Source of the DNA: Candidatus Woesearchaeota archaeon
GTDB lineage: Archaea; Nanobdellota; Nanobdellia; SCGC-AAA011-G17; JACPIM01
Assembly: GCA_018302125.1 (NCBI GenBank)
Contig: JAGWAC010000003.1
Coordinates: 2,206-66,205, forward strand
Length of the DNA stretch: 64,000 nt
Direction of reading: 5' to 3'
Below, one piece after another: positions 11,172 to 22,217 of this stretch. A program made the position numbers and the translations under genes. Position 1 is the stretch's first letter. Each line of letters begins with the position of its first letter. The notes beneath the pieces were generated by a model. The model saw only the letters and a list, made by a program, of their open reading frames with translations, made no database searches and was not told the DNA's origin.

Positions 11172-11867
11172 ATGCCAAAAATTAGTCCAAAAGTAAAGAT
11201 AACCGTTGTTATTCCAGCATGTAATGAAGAACAAAATATTGGGAAAACAATAAATGATGTTAAGCCTTTCTGTGATAATATTATTGCAAGTATAGCCAAG
11301 AAAACTAATGATCAAACAGCAGATATTGCAAAACAGCTGGGAGCAAAAGTGATATTCGACCACGGCCTTGGCAAGGGCGATGGTATAAGAAGCACTTTAG
11401 ATTATTTGGAAGATGAAGATATTGTTGTTTTTATTGATAGTGATGGTTCACATATAGCTTCTGATATTCCTTCTATTGTTCAACCAATAATTGATGATAA
11501 GGCAGATATGGTTATAGCTTCACGTTTTCTCGGCGGAAGTGAAGAATTACATGGAGATTTTAACAAGTTTTTAAGGATGTTTTTCTCAATGTGCATTGCA
11601 CAGATTATTAATTGGCGATTCAAAACCGAAATGCAGGATACCCAGAATGGGTACAGGGCATTTAAAGTTAAAGTTCTAAAAGATTTAAATCTTACATCTA
11701 ATCATACTGAAATTGAAACAGAAATGTGCATGAAGTGTATTAAAAAAAATTATAAAATATTAGAAATTCCAAGCAGGGAGCTTAAAAGATCTTCAGGCAA
11801 GTCAAATATATCCATTATTAAACATGGGAGGAGATATGTCTGGACAGTTTTTAAAAATATTTTTTAA
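11172..11867 (+). CDS. family 2 glycosyltransferase (polyprenol-phosphate sugar synthase-like)
   Basis: VVIPACNEE N-terminus; DSDGSH DxD motif; ~230 aa GT2 catalytic domain. Confidence 0.75.
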   Translation: MPKISPKVKITVVIPACNEEQNIGKTINDVKPFCDNIIASIAKKTNDQTADIAKQLGAKVIFDHGLGKGDGIRSTLDYLEDEDIVVFIDSDGSHIASDIPSIVQPIIDDKADMVIASRFLGGSEELHGDFNKFLRMFFSMCIAQIINWRFKTEMQDTQNGYRAFKVKVLKDLNLTSNHTEIETEMCMKCIKKNYKILEIPSRELKRSSGKSNISIIKHGRRYVWTVFKNIF

Positions 11868-11872
11868 GAAAT

Positions 11873-12964
11873 TTATTTGATAGAATGCATTATTTCTGAA
11901 ATGTAATCTAGATCTTCTTTTTTAAGATTTGGGTGTATTGGTAGTGATAAAACTTGGTCTATGATTTTCTCAACCACAGGCAAATTGTCTTTATAGCCTA
12001 GATCAAGATATAATTTCTGTTTATGAATTGGTTTATTATAAAAAATACCAGTTCCAACACCAGCATCATTTAGTTTTTTTATAACTTCTTCCCTGTTTTT
12101 TCCAACTATTCTAATTGTGTATTTATGAAAAGAATGCTTTGAATTTGCCTGAACTTTTGGTGTTATTATCCAATTTAAATCTGAAAAGCTTTTTGTATAA
12201 AATTGCGCTGTTTTGATTTTTTTATCAACAATAATATTTAGTTTCTTTAATTGTTCAATACCTATAGCAGCAGCAATGTCATTCATCTTAAAATTAAATC
12301 CTAAAATATCATGTTGTCCTTTTATTTTTGCACCATGAATTCTTAGCATTTTGGAAATTTCTACAACTTTTTCATCATTTGTAACTACAGCGCCGCCGCC
12401 GCAAGTTGCAAGATTTTTAGTGGGGTCAAAACTAAAAACAGAAGATGTTGTCCAAGCTCCCGTCTTTTTTCCTTTAAATTCAGATCCATGGGATTGTGCA
12501 GCATCCTCAATTAAAATTAAGTTATGTTTGGCAGCAATTTCAGAAAGTCTGTCCATGTTACATGGTTGACCATAAAGGCTTACAGGCAAAATAGCTTTTG
12601 TTTTTTTAGTAATCTTTTTTTCTATTAAATCTGGATCTATATTGTAAGTTTCCTCATTAATATCAGTAAAAACTGGTTTTGCTCCAACATGAAGAATAGA
12701 ATTTGCAGTTGCAATAAAAGATAACGGCGTAGTAATAACTTCATCCCCATTTCCAATACCATTTGATTTTAACACGCAATATAGTGCGCTTGTTCCAGAA
12801 CTAGTGCCTATAACCTGTCTCATTCCTAAATAACTGGCAAAATTCTTTTCAAATTCTTCTACTTTATTACCTAATAATAAATTTCCAGATTTAATTACTT
12901 CTAAAACTCTTTCTTCTTCCTCTTTCCCTAAAAAGGGTTTATTTAATGGAATGTTCATATTCAC
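11873..12964 (-). CDS. DegT/DnrJ/EryC1/StrS-family PLP-dependent sugar aminotransferase
   Basis: EDAAQSHG...SFDPTKNL (PLP lysine region), overall aminotransferase fold signature. Confidence 0.85.
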   Translation of the reverse strand: MNMNIPLNKPFLGKEEEERVLEVIKSGNLLLGNKVEEFEKNFASYLGMRQVIGTSSGTSALYCVLKSNGIGNGDEVITTPLSFIATANSILHVGAKPVFTDINEETYNIDPDLIEKKITKKTKAILPVSLYGQPCNMDRLSEIAAKHNLILIEDAAQSHGSEFKGKKTGAWTTSSVFSFDPTKNLATCGGGAVVTNDEKVVEISKMLRIHGAKIKGQHDILGFNFKMNDIAAAIGIEQLKKLNIIVDKKIKTAQFYTKSFSDLNWIITPKVQANSKHSFHKYTIRIVGKNREEVIKKLNDAGVGTGIFYNKPIHKQKLYLDLGYKDNLPVVEKIIDQVLSLPIHPNLKKEDLDYISEIMHSIK

Positions 12965-13045
12965 TAGTTGAAAAAATAGAATTTATAAAGTTTTTTAACG
13001 AATGAAAGCAAGATATATAAACTTACTCTAAAATTTTGCTATAAA

Positions 13046-14254
13046 ATGCCCACAATAACATTAATCTGTAATGAATTTCCCCCAGTTATTATGGGGGGTA
13101 TAGGAAATACTGCAAGAGTTCTAGCAAATAATTATTTAAAAATCAAAAATCTCAAAGTAAATATAATAACTGCAAAATATAATGAAAATAAAGATTTGCC
13201 AAGAGTTGAGCAAAAAGGAAATTTAACTATTTATAGAATAAAAGCCCCTGATTGGCTAGAATTCATTATTGGAAAAGTTTACAAAAAAAATTTGTGCTTT
13301 CCTTTTTATGTTGGTTTGTTTTCTTTATTTAATAGAAAATTAATAAAGGAATCTGATTTAATTCATTGTTTGCATGTTAGGGATGCCTCATTTTTGTTTA
13401 AATATAAAAAACCCTTAATTCTTAACTTAAGCGATATATATGGTCATCTTGTTCCAAAGAATCCGCTTAAATATCCTTTTAATGAAAAAGGGAAATTCTT
13501 GAAATACTTAAATCATATGTGGTTTAGAATTATAGACTATATTGCAATGAAAAAAACAGATGCTGTTTTAAATTCATGCATTTATTCCAAAGAAATGTGT
13601 GAAAAGATTTATCCATTCACAAAAAGTAAAACAAATGTTGTGCATAAGGGTACTGATTTTCCTTCTTTGAAAAATATGCTTAGTAAAGAAATAGACATAA
13701 TATTTATAGGCTCTAGATTTGAGATTAAGGGGGCAAAAGAAGTTTTATTCGCAGTAAATATTCTAAAGAAAAAATATCCAAATATAAAATGTTTAATGAT
13801 TGGCAGGTATTCAAAATTCGATTATGATTATGAAAAATTCATTAAAGATAATAGCTTACAAAATAATATTATGATATTAGGAAATACCCCACATGACAAA
13901 ATTTTTGAATACTTGAAAAAATCAAAGATTTTTGTAAATCCTACTCATCTTGAAATGATATCTCACACATTGACAGAAGCAATGTCTGTAAAGCTTCCTG
14001 TAATATCTTCAGATGTTGGCGGAAATTCTGAAATAGTGCAGCATGAAGAAAATGGTTTTCTTATAAAATCAACAGATTATGATTCATTGGCAAAATACAT
14101 AGACTTCCTTTTAAAAAATCCAAAAATAGCGAAAAAAATGGGGGAAAAAGGATATAAACAAGTTAAAGAAGAATTTTCTGAAGATCAAATGGTGGAGAAA
14201 TATATTAATTTATACAATAAATTCTTGCCAGATGAAAGAAGAATTCAAAAATAA
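13046..14254 (+). CDS. family 4 (GT-B, group 1) glycosyltransferase
   Basis: C-terminal E-x7-E region (LTEAMSVKLPVISSDVGGNSEIV...ENGFL). Confidence 0.75.
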   Translation: MPTITLICNEFPPVIMGGIGNTARVLANNYLKIKNLKVNIITAKYNENKDLPRVEQKGNLTIYRIKAPDWLEFIIGKVYKKNLCFPFYVGLFSLFNRKLIKESDLIHCLHVRDASFLFKYKKPLILNLSDIYGHLVPKNPLKYPFNEKGKFLKYLNHMWFRIIDYIAMKKTDAVLNSCIYSKEMCEKIYPFTKSKTNVVHKGTDFPSLKNMLSKEIDIIFIGSRFEIKGAKEVLFAVNILKKKYPNIKCLMIGRYSKFDYDYEKFIKDNSLQNNIMILGNTPHDKIFEYLKKSKIFVNPTHLEMISHTLTEAMSVKLPVISSDVGGNSEIVQHEENGFLIKSTDYDSLAKYIDFLLKNPKIAKKMGEKGYKQVKEEFSEDQMVEKYINLYNKFLPDERRIQK

Positions 14255-14260
14255 ATATTA

Positions 14261-14887
14261 TTACTTGATTTTCTTTGCTGGATTTCCGACAACAGTCGAA
14301 TTATCAGCTACATTTTTTAATACAACTGCCCCAGCTCCAATAATAGAGTATTTTCCAATTTTAACCTTGGGAATTATAACTGCCCCAGTATAAACATAAG
14401 CTCCCTGACCAACTTCAACATTCCCACCTGTTTTAACTCCCGGAGCTATGTTTGAAAAATCACCAAGAACATTATCATGTTCAATAACACAACCAGCGTG
14501 TATAATGACATGATTGCCTATGTTAGAATTGGGTTGTATTGTTACATTTTGACAAATGATACATCCTTTTCCAATCTTGGCAAACTTAGAGACATAAGAA
14601 AAGTCGCTTATAATCGTAGAAAAATTATATCCTATTTCTGAGAGTTTCTCAACAATTTTTTCCTTTTTCTTATTGTCTCCAAAAGCAACTATAACATCAG
14701 TATCGCTTTTTACAGGAACATGATCAGCTATATCATCTAAATGACATATAACTTTAACGCCATTTATATTCTTGTCAATGTTTTCTCTATTAATAATATC
14801 AATAAGTCCTCTGATCCTATGAGTTTTGCATATGTCAATTACATATCTTGCCTGAGATCCAGTTCCGATTATGTATAAATCTTTCAT
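14261..14887 (-). CDS. sugar N/O-acetyltransferase, hexapeptide-repeat (PglD/NeuD-like)
   Basis: N-terminal Rossmann-like IIGTGSQ; C-terminal left-handed beta-helix hexapeptide repeats. Confidence 0.75.
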   Translation of the reverse strand: MKDLYIIGTGSQARYVIDICKTHRIRGLIDIINRENIDKNINGVKVICHLDDIADHVPVKSDTDVIVAFGDNKKKEKIVEKLSEIGYNFSTIISDFSYVSKFAKIGKGCIICQNVTIQPNSNIGNHVIIHAGCVIEHDNVLGDFSNIAPGVKTGGNVEVGQGAYVYTGAVIIPKVKIGKYSIIGAGAVVLKNVADNSTVVGNPAKKIK

Positions 14888-14954
14888 TTAGAAAACGAGA
14901 TTCAGATAAATTTATAAAGATTCTTGTAGATTATACCTTTTTGTAAGGTGGTTT

Positions 14955-15971
14955 ATGACTAAAGTTTTAATAACTGGTGGTGCTGGATTAATAGGTTCTT
15001 TTGTTGTTAGGAAACTTATTGAATTAGGTCACCAGCCAATTGTATTTGACTCTTTTACTCAATATGTTTCTCCATTAAAAAGCAATTATCAAAAATATTT
15101 AAAATTAAGATTTAAAGATATAGAAAATTCAGTTATTTTTGAAAGAGGAACAACAGTAGACAGAGAAGATATTGCAAATGTAATGAATAAATACAAGCCA
15201 TCTAAAGTCATCCATTTGGCAGCCCTTCCAATAGCAGATGAAGCTGAAAAGCATATTGAAGAAGCAATAAAAAGTATAGGAATTGGGACAGCAAATTTAT
15301 TGTCTGTAATAAAAGACTGTGGTTTTGTTGACAGGTTTGTTTACATTTCCTCAAGTACAGTTTATGGTGATTTTTTATATGAACCTGCTCCAGAAGATCA
15401 TCCATTAAATCCTATTCAAAGATATAGTTTAGTAAAATTATTTGGGGAGCATCTTACAAAAGTAGCTGGATTAAGGGATAATATAGAATATGTAATTATA
15501 AGGCCGTCTGCAGTTTACGGGCCGACAGATGTTAATAGAAGAGTTATCCAAATTTTTGTTGAAAATGCAATTTCTAATAAACCAATTATATTATTTAATA
15601 AAGGAGAGGAAAGATTAGATTTTACTTATGTCGAAGATGCTGCCGAAGGAATTGTTCTGGCAACATTTGACCCAAAAGCAAAAAATCAGACTTTTAACAT
15701 AACAAATGGTGAAGCAAGAAGTCTTAAAGACATTGCAGATATATTAAAACTATATTTTCCAGATTTAAAAATCGAAGTAACATCAAAAGATGCAGTATAT
15801 CAAAGACCTAAAAGGGGCTCTTTAGATATTACAAAAGCTAGAAATATATTGGGTTTTAATCCAAAATATAATCTTGAAAAAGGGATTAAGAAGTATTTAG
15901 AATTCTCAGCAGAGCATTATGCAGAAGATGAAGCTAAAAAAGAAATTTTAAAATCAAGAATAAAATTATAA
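14955..15971 (+). CDS. NAD-dependent epimerase/dehydratase
   Basis: GGAGLIGS motif; SDR extended family length ~338 aa. Confidence 0.8.
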   Translation: MTKVLITGGAGLIGSFVVRKLIELGHQPIVFDSFTQYVSPLKSNYQKYLKLRFKDIENSVIFERGTTVDREDIANVMNKYKPSKVIHLAALPIADEAEKHIEEAIKSIGIGTANLLSVIKDCGFVDRFVYISSSTVYGDFLYEPAPEDHPLNPIQRYSLVKLFGEHLTKVAGLRDNIEYVIIRPSAVYGPTDVNRRVIQIFVENAISNKPIILFNKGEERLDFTYVEDAAEGIVLATFDPKAKNQTFNITNGEARSLKDIADILKLYFPDLKIEVTSKDAVYQRPKRGSLDITKARNILGFNPKYNLEKGIKKYLEFSAEHYAEDEAKKEILKSRIKL

Positions 15972-17111
15972 AACTTTGTCATATACTTCAAAAATCCTTT
16001 TTCTTACTACATTAAAACTATATTCTTTAATGCATTTCTCTCTCGCTCTTTTTCCATGTAAATTCCTTAATTTTTTATTCTCACTATACTCTAAAATTGC
16101 CTCTTTTAGTTGTTCAATATTGTTTGGCTCTATAACTTTTCCGCAATTTTCAAGAACTATAGGAATATCAGCAACACCAGTAGCTATAATTGGTTTTGCC
16201 ATTGACATCATCTCATAAATTTTATACGGCATTTGAAACATTGCAGAAGGATTATTTTTCAAAGGAGTAGCAATAATATCTGCTGCTGCCACATAATCCG
16301 GAACTTCGCTATGCGGTTTGTAATTTTCAACTATTATTCCTTCTTTTTTTCTCAATTCATTTGCAAATGCATTGTCATTGCTTGCACCAACTATCATTAA
16401 TTTTATTTTCTCATTTTCTTTTCTTGCTTTATTTAAAGCTTCAGCCAAATCCAATATTCCTTTATGCTTTCTAGGAGTTCCAATAAAAGAAACTAAAATT
16501 TCATTCTTTTCAATGCCATATTTTTCTCTTATTTTTCTTCCATCATATTTTTCAGGATCAAATAAGTTAGTATCTGCTCCAGATGGTATATATGTCCCAC
16601 CAAATTTTCTCTGTAAGCACAAAGCATCAACAATAAGTCTATCAGAATAATTTCTTAATTTTTCAAATAATTTTTTCGAAAAATAGCTTTCAGGCATATA
16701 AAAATCAACTAAACAAAACTTTACAATATCAAAAGGATTTAAAGAAAAATAATTATCTAACACATACTGGCTCTCCCAGTCATCTATATCTAAAATTACT
16801 TTTTTATTTTTTAATAACTTTAATAATAGTCCAACCCCAAAACTGTAAAATTTTGGCTTAAAAACATGGACAATATCAGAATCAATTTTTCTATAAATAT
16901 CAAAAAAAGTCTTGAGATAAATTGGAAAAAATCTATGCCCATTTACAGGTTGAATATTCCATTCTTCATTCTTTAAAGGCTCGTAAATTCCATTATTATT
17001 TGCAGGCCCGGTTATTTTAGTTTCATATTTTTCAGATAAAATTCTTCCAAAAGGATAAACTCTAATAAAAGGATTGCTGGATAAAGTACTTGATACTAAA
17101 GTAGTTTTCAT
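15966..17111 (-). CDS. family 4 glycosyltransferase
   Basis: GT-B C-terminal nucleotide-sugar binding motif (...PLKNNPSAMFQMPYKIYEMMSMAKPIIATG...). Confidence 0.7.
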   Translation of the reverse strand: MKTTLVSSTLSSNPFIRVYPFGRILSEKYETKITGPANNNGIYEPLKNEEWNIQPVNGHRFFPIYLKTFFDIYRKIDSDIVHVFKPKFYSFGVGLLLKLLKNKKVILDIDDWESQYVLDNYFSLNPFDIVKFCLVDFYMPESYFSKKLFEKLRNYSDRLIVDALCLQRKFGGTYIPSGADTNLFDPEKYDGRKIREKYGIEKNEILVSFIGTPRKHKGILDLAEALNKARKENEKIKLMIVGASNDNAFANELRKKEGIIVENYKPHSEVPDYVAAADIIATPLKNNPSAMFQMPYKIYEMMSMAKPIIATGVADIPIVLENCGKVIEPNNIEQLKEAILEYSENKKLRNLHGKRAREKCIKEYSFNVVRKRIFEVYDKVL

Positions 17112-17120
17112 GAAAAATAG

Positions 17121-18257
17121 CTATTTTAAAAGGTTTTTAAGTGTATTTGTGTCATATTTCATAGAATTCAATAGATTGCAGGATTGCAAGCAGAAACAAA
17201 CACTAGTTTGCTGTCTTCTTAATTGCGCTTCCTTGGAATTCCAAAGTTTGTTAAAATCAAAATCATAATCTTTTAGTTCAGCAAATGATTTTGTTGGTTC
17301 GCATATTGCAACCTTTCCAGTTGGAAAAACAACCCCATCATTATATCCTGCCAGACATTTTAAAGTTGGTTTCTCATGTTTTATCATGTCAATTGAATGT
17401 CTTAATTTTAAGACCTCAACCCTTCCAGGCAAGTCTTCTGTTTCTTTGCTCATCCATTCATAAACACCTTCTAATTCTTCAGGATTTGGCTGATTTGAGA
17501 TTTCTGGTTCATAATCCATCAAAATATCCTTTGGAACTTGGTAATAATTTTTTCCCGTCCTTAAAACATTAACTTTAAAATTTATTTTTAATTCTTCTTT
17601 TACATATCTCGACAAGAGTTTTACTTCATGAATATTTGTCTTTGTCATTGTCAAATTTACAAATAATGATAAATTTGAATGTTGCTCAGCAATTCTCTTT
17701 AAGTCATTTATTAATTCAATGTCTTTTTTCCATATATTCGGAACTCTCCTTATTTTATTGTGAGTTTCCTCTAAACCATCTAAAGAAACAACAATAGTCA
17801 GTCTTCTTTCGGGATTTTCAGTAACTAATCTTGTTACATTATCTAGAATTTTTGTTCCCAATAATCCATTGGTTACTATGTTAATTCTTTTAGTTTTGTT
17901 AATTTTGTAGAAAGCAGTACATATTTCATAAAGATCTTTCCTGATAAAAGGCTCTCCACCAGTAATTACTAGCATGTTTAATTGTGTCTTCAATGATTTG
18001 ATCATTTTAATAATATGTTCAAAAGACATTTCATCTTGTTTCTTGTTCAGATTTTTCCAGTAAAAACAGTGGGAACATCTTGCATTGCAATAATCAGTAA
18101 CATAAAAAATCAGGTTTTGTGGAGTCTGGAAATTTTTTACTCTCTTTACCCTGAATTTATTTACATTTTCAACCAAAGGATCTCTGATTTTTTTAGGTAT
18201 TTTCCTAATTAACTGATAAGCTACCCTTTCAGCACCAGAAAATTGATTTAAAGTCAT
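17121..18257 (-). CDS. radical SAM protein with SPASM domain
   Basis: VTDYCNARCSHC CxxxCxxC; C-terminal CLAGYNDG...CEP...CFCLQSC cluster. Confidence 0.8.
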   Translation of the reverse strand: MTLNQFSGAERVAYQLIRKIPKKIRDPLVENVNKFRVKRVKNFQTPQNLIFYVTDYCNARCSHCFYWKNLNKKQDEMSFEHIIKMIKSLKTQLNMLVITGGEPFIRKDLYEICTAFYKINKTKRINIVTNGLLGTKILDNVTRLVTENPERRLTIVVSLDGLEETHNKIRRVPNIWKKDIELINDLKRIAEQHSNLSLFVNLTMTKTNIHEVKLLSRYVKEELKINFKVNVLRTGKNYYQVPKDILMDYEPEISNQPNPEELEGVYEWMSKETEDLPGRVEVLKLRHSIDMIKHEKPTLKCLAGYNDGVVFPTGKVAICEPTKSFAELKDYDFDFNKLWNSKEAQLRRQQTSVCFCLQSCNLLNSMKYDTNTLKNLLK

Positions 18258-18364
18258 TTCAAAAACACCTGACTATACTAAATAAATAACTTCCTATATA
18301 AAATTATTTGGTAGCACTGTGGTACACAGAAAGATTTATATACTACTAATTAAGAGCAACATAG

Positions 18365-18757
18365 ATGGAATTGAAAGAAAAAATTAAAGGATTAAGAGCC
18401 TTGATTGTAGAAGATAATGAAGTAACTGGGAGCTTTTTGCATAGAGCTCTCTCTATAATGGGTTTTGAAAAAACAGATTTGGCAGAAGATGAACAAACAG
18501 CTTTATCTCTTTTAAATCAAAAACAATATGACTTTGTTTTATCTGACACAAATTATGGTTGTTCTGGAGCAAGAGATTATTATGGTCCAAGAATAGTTGT
18601 TGCAGCTAGAAAATTAGGTCAAGATCCAAGAGTAATTGCAATGTCAGGTCTGGATAATAATGTAGAAGTATGGACTGGTGAAAGCGAAGCAGATTTATTC
18701 TTAAGAAAGCCTTTTAGTCTTGCAGATCTAAAAGAAGCTTTAGAAAAGATTTACTGA
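18365..18757 (+). CDS. stand-alone response-regulator receiver (REC) domain protein
   Basis: ALIVEDN acidic pocket, phospho-acceptor Asp in FVLSD, conserved Lys in RKPF; no output domain. Confidence 0.7.
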   Translation: MELKEKIKGLRALIVEDNEVTGSFLHRALSIMGFEKTDLAEDEQTALSLLNQKQYDFVLSDTNYGCSGARDYYGPRIVVAARKLGQDPRVIAMSGLDNNVEVWTGESEADLFLRKPFSLADLKEALEKIY

Positions 18758-20632
18758 TTATAATTTTATTTTCTTTGCATTAATTTTATCAATATAAATT
18801 TTGTTCCATAATTCCAGCATCAATAAGCTCCAAATTCTTCTAGAATTGTCTCTCCTGTCAGAATTATGTTCTTCAATTATTTTTTTCACATAATTGCTGT
18901 TAAAGAAATTTCTGTGTTTAATGTCATTAATTAGTTCAGCATTAATTAAGTCTCTTAATTCATCTTTTATCCAGTGCTTGATAGGAACATCAAAACCTTG
19001 TTTTCCCCTTTCCAAAATCTCCTTAGGCAATAAATCTGAAAAAGCCTTCTTTAAAATATATTTGTTCATTCCATTTTTTATTTTCAAATAAGCTGGAATT
19101 CCTGAAGCTAAGTCAATAACATAAGTGTCTAAAAAGGGATTTCTTACTTCAAGCGAATTTAACATGCTCATTCTGTCTACTTTTACTAGTCCATCATCTA
19201 AAAGAAAAGTTTTCATATCAGCATATAGCATTTTGTTCAAAAAATTCTTTGAATTGCAGTTTTTAAAATGATAATTTAAGACATTAAATGAACCTGGAAC
19301 ATTTGGGGTTTCAACATAAAGATCTCTTTTTTCTTCTTCATTAAATAAATTTAATTTTGACATCCATCTTTCTTCTTTATTCATGCTGCTCAAATCATTA
19401 ATTTTTTTGAATTTCCTAAAGAAATTATTCCCAGTTTTATTATAAGTTAAGCCAGATATTTTGCTGAATCCTGTTTTCAAAAAAGAAGGCATAAACTTGT
19501 AAAAATTAACTACCTTGTCCTGGTCCCATGGATTATATCTTGTATATCCTGCAAATATTTCATCTCCGCCATCTCCGCTTAAAGCAACCTTTACATACTC
19601 TCTGGTTAATTTACATAAATAATAAGTAGGCAAGGCAGAAGGATCAACAAAAGGTTCGTCAAATTGATTCATAATAAATGGTATATCTTTAATTAGATTG
19701 ACATTCACATTAAATTCCTTATGTTGAGTATTGAATTTCTCACTTGCAATTTTCGCATACTTTAATTCATCAAAATCTTTTTCATCAAAGCCAATTGAAA
19801 ATGTCTTTACATTATCAGTTAATTTTGACATTAATCCAACAACAATACTTGAATCAATGCCGCCAGATAAAAAAGCACCAATAGGAACATCCGCAATTAA
19901 TCTTATCTTGACGCTGTCCTTCAAAATTTCATGAATTCTGCTTGCAAAATATTCTTCAGAGCTTTTAATTTCATTAAAATTAATATCCCAGTATTTTTCA
20001 ATTGTGATTGTGTTGCCCTTAAAAATTAGATAATGCCCCGGCTCTAATTTTTTTATTCCATTCAGAATTGTTAATGGTGTTGGTACATACCCAAATGTTA
20101 GGTAGTGATGAACAGCCTCTAGATTAATTTCCCTCTTCAATTCTTCATCGCATAACAAGGCCTTTAACTCAGAGGCAAATAAAAATTTCTCATTATTGTC
20201 AACATAATATAGTGGTTTTTTCCCTGTTCTGTCTCTAGCCAAAAATAACTTCTTCTCATTTAAGTCATAAACGCAAAAAGCAAACATTCCCCTGAATAAT
20301 TTTACGCAATCTTCTTTATATTCCTGATAAGCGTGTGCAATTATTTCAGTATCTGTGTTTGTATAAAAATTATGCCCTCTCTTTTCTAGTTCATCCTTAA
20401 TATCCAAAAAGTTGTAAATTTCACCATTAAACACAACCCATATTGTCTTGTCTTCATTATGAATTGGCTGTTTTCCATTTTTTAAGTCAATAATACTCAA
20501 TCTCCTATTGCCGATTGTACAGAATTTGTCAGAATAATAGCCAAAATCATCTGGCCCCCTGTGCCAAATAGAGTCGCACATTTTTTTAACTAAATCTTTG
20601 TCCTCAAAATTAAATCCAGCTATTCCGCACAT
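18758..20632 (-). CDS. asnB: asparagine synthase (glutamine-hydrolysing)-like amidotransferase; start moved to MCGIAG
   Basis: Class-II glutamine amidotransferase requires N-terminal Cys (MCGIAGF); the track ORF begins 38 codons upstream at 20746; C-terminal SGGIDSS PP-loop. Confidence 0.85.
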   Translation of the reverse strand: MCGIAGFNFEDKDLVKKMCDSIWHRGPDDFGYYSDKFCTIGNRRLSIIDLKNGKQPIHNEDKTIWVVFNGEIYNFLDIKDELEKRGHNFYTNTDTEIIAHAYQEYKEDCVKLFRGMFAFCVYDLNEKKLFLARDRTGKKPLYYVDNNEKFLFASELKALLCDEELKREINLEAVHHYLTFGYVPTPLTILNGIKKLEPGHYLIFKGNTITIEKYWDINFNEIKSSEEYFASRIHEILKDSVKIRLIADVPIGAFLSGGIDSSIVVGLMSKLTDNVKTFSIGFDEKDFDELKYAKIASEKFNTQHKEFNVNVNLIKDIPFIMNQFDEPFVDPSALPTYYLCKLTREYVKVALSGDGGDEIFAGYTRYNPWDQDKVVNFYKFMPSFLKTGFSKISGLTYNKTGNNFFRKFKKINDLSSMNKEERWMSKLNLFNEEEKRDLYVETPNVPGSFNVLNYHFKNCNSKNFLNKMLYADMKTFLLDDGLVKVDRMSMLNSLEVRNPFLDTYVIDLASGIPAYLKIKNGMNKYILKKAFSDLLPKEILERGKQGFDVPIKHWIKDELRDLINAELINDIKHRNFFNSNYVKKIIEEHNSDRRDNSRRIWSLLMLELWNKIYIDKINAKKIKL

Positions 20633-20685
20633 TTCTAAAACCAATACCAAAAAGGTTTTTAAATCTAACATTTCTTCCTTAAAAA

Positions 20686-22197
20686 ATGAATTCTCTGCCT
20701 TATATGGAAAAAATAGTGAAGGGAGCTTTCTTAGTATTGTTTTCAATGGTTTTCGGAAAACTATTCTCCTATCTTTATGTTATTTTAGTTGCTGTAAATC
20801 TTGGTTCTCATGATTATGGATTATTAAGCTTGGGTCTTGCAATATTGTCCTTTCTTAGCGCATTTTCATTGCTTGGTTTAGATGAGGGCATATTAAGATT
20901 TATTCCCTTTTACAAGGGCAAAAATGACCAAAATTTAATGAAAACTACTTTGTTAACATCACTAAAAACAGTAATAAATTCAAGTTTATTTCTGGCTGTT
21001 TTTATTATTGTGTTCTCGGATTTTATTTCAGATAAAATTTTTGATGAATATGAATTAACAAAAGTAATTTTTTTTATGGCTATTGTTTTACCATTTAATA
21101 CATTATCTCAATTATTTTTAGTTTCTTTTAGGGCATTTCAAAAACCAGAATTTGAAGTTCTCTTTAAGGAATTAATTGAAAAATCATTAAGATTAATTAT
21201 AACTTTGATCTTAATAGCTGTTGGATTTAAGTTAACTGGTGCTTTGTTAGGGTTTGTTCTTTCAATAATTATTGTTTTCTTTTTGTCATTAATAACATTC
21301 AATAAAAAAATATTCAATATATTTTCTAAAGAAATAGTGGAAAAGGAAAATAAAAGAGAATTGTTGAATTATTCATTGCCGTTAATGTTGAAAAATTTCA
21401 TGTGGTTTATAATTGCTTGGACTGATCTGCTTATGATAGGTTATTTCAGCACAACATCAAATGTAGGGATCTATAATGTTGCTCTGCCAACATCAACATT
21501 GATTATAGTTCCTATTTATGGTATTATGTATTTGTTCATGCCAATAATATCAGAATTATATGGAAAAAATAATATCGAACAAATAAATGATATATATAAA
21601 AAAGTCTCAAAATATTCTTTATTATTAACTATCCCAATTTTTCTTGTAATATTTTTGTTGTCAAAAGATTTAATTTTAACCTTTTTTGGAAATGAATATT
21701 TGGCTGCTGCTTTGCCTTTAACAATCTTAAGTCCGGGTTATTTGTTTTTTTCATTAAGCGACATAAGCATGAATATGCTTTCTGTTCGCAAAAAAACTAA
21801 AACAATTTTCTTTATAATTTCAATTTTTGCCTTGTCAAATGTCATTTTAAATTATTTTTTAATTCCAAAATACAATATAATTGGTGCTGCAATAGCAACT
21901 TCATCTTCATTTTTAATAGGGGCAGTTTTGATGATATTAACTTCTTTTTACTATAGTAAACTTCATCCATTTATGTTTAAATATATAAAAATCTTAATTT
22001 CTCTGCTATTAACATTGATTTTTACAGCCATAATAAAAAATCAAATTCAATTTTTCCCATTAATTAACTTAATTTTCTTTACAATTATGATTATTATTGT
22101 ATATTTATCATTAATTTATTTTTTAAAAATTCTTGAAAAAGATGATTTAGAATTATTTAAAGAAATGAAACAGAAGATATTAAGAAGATTAAAATAA
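20686..22197 (+). CDS. polysaccharide/oligosaccharide flippase (Wzx-like, MOP superfamily)
   Basis: 503 aa, ~12-14 TM helices, typical polysaccharide biosynthesis protein architecture. Confidence 0.7.
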   Translation: MNSLPYMEKIVKGAFLVLFSMVFGKLFSYLYVILVAVNLGSHDYGLLSLGLAILSFLSAFSLLGLDEGILRFIPFYKGKNDQNLMKTTLLTSLKTVINSSLFLAVFIIVFSDFISDKIFDEYELTKVIFFMAIVLPFNTLSQLFLVSFRAFQKPEFEVLFKELIEKSLRLIITLILIAVGFKLTGALLGFVLSIIIVFFLSLITFNKKIFNIFSKEIVEKENKRELLNYSLPLMLKNFMWFIIAWTDLLMIGYFSTTSNVGIYNVALPTSTLIIVPIYGIMYLFMPIISELYGKNNIEQINDIYKKVSKYSLLLTIPIFLVIFLLSKDLILTFFGNEYLAAALPLTILSPGYLFFSLSDISMNMLSVRKKTKTIFFIISIFALSNVILNYFLIPKYNIIGAAIATSSSFLIGAVLMILTSFYYSKLHPFMFKYIKILISLLLTLIFTAIIKNQIQFFPLINLIFFTIMIIIVYLSLIYFLKILEKDDLELFKEMKQKILRRLK

Positions 22198-22217
22198 ACC
22201 AAAATCTCAAAAATTAT

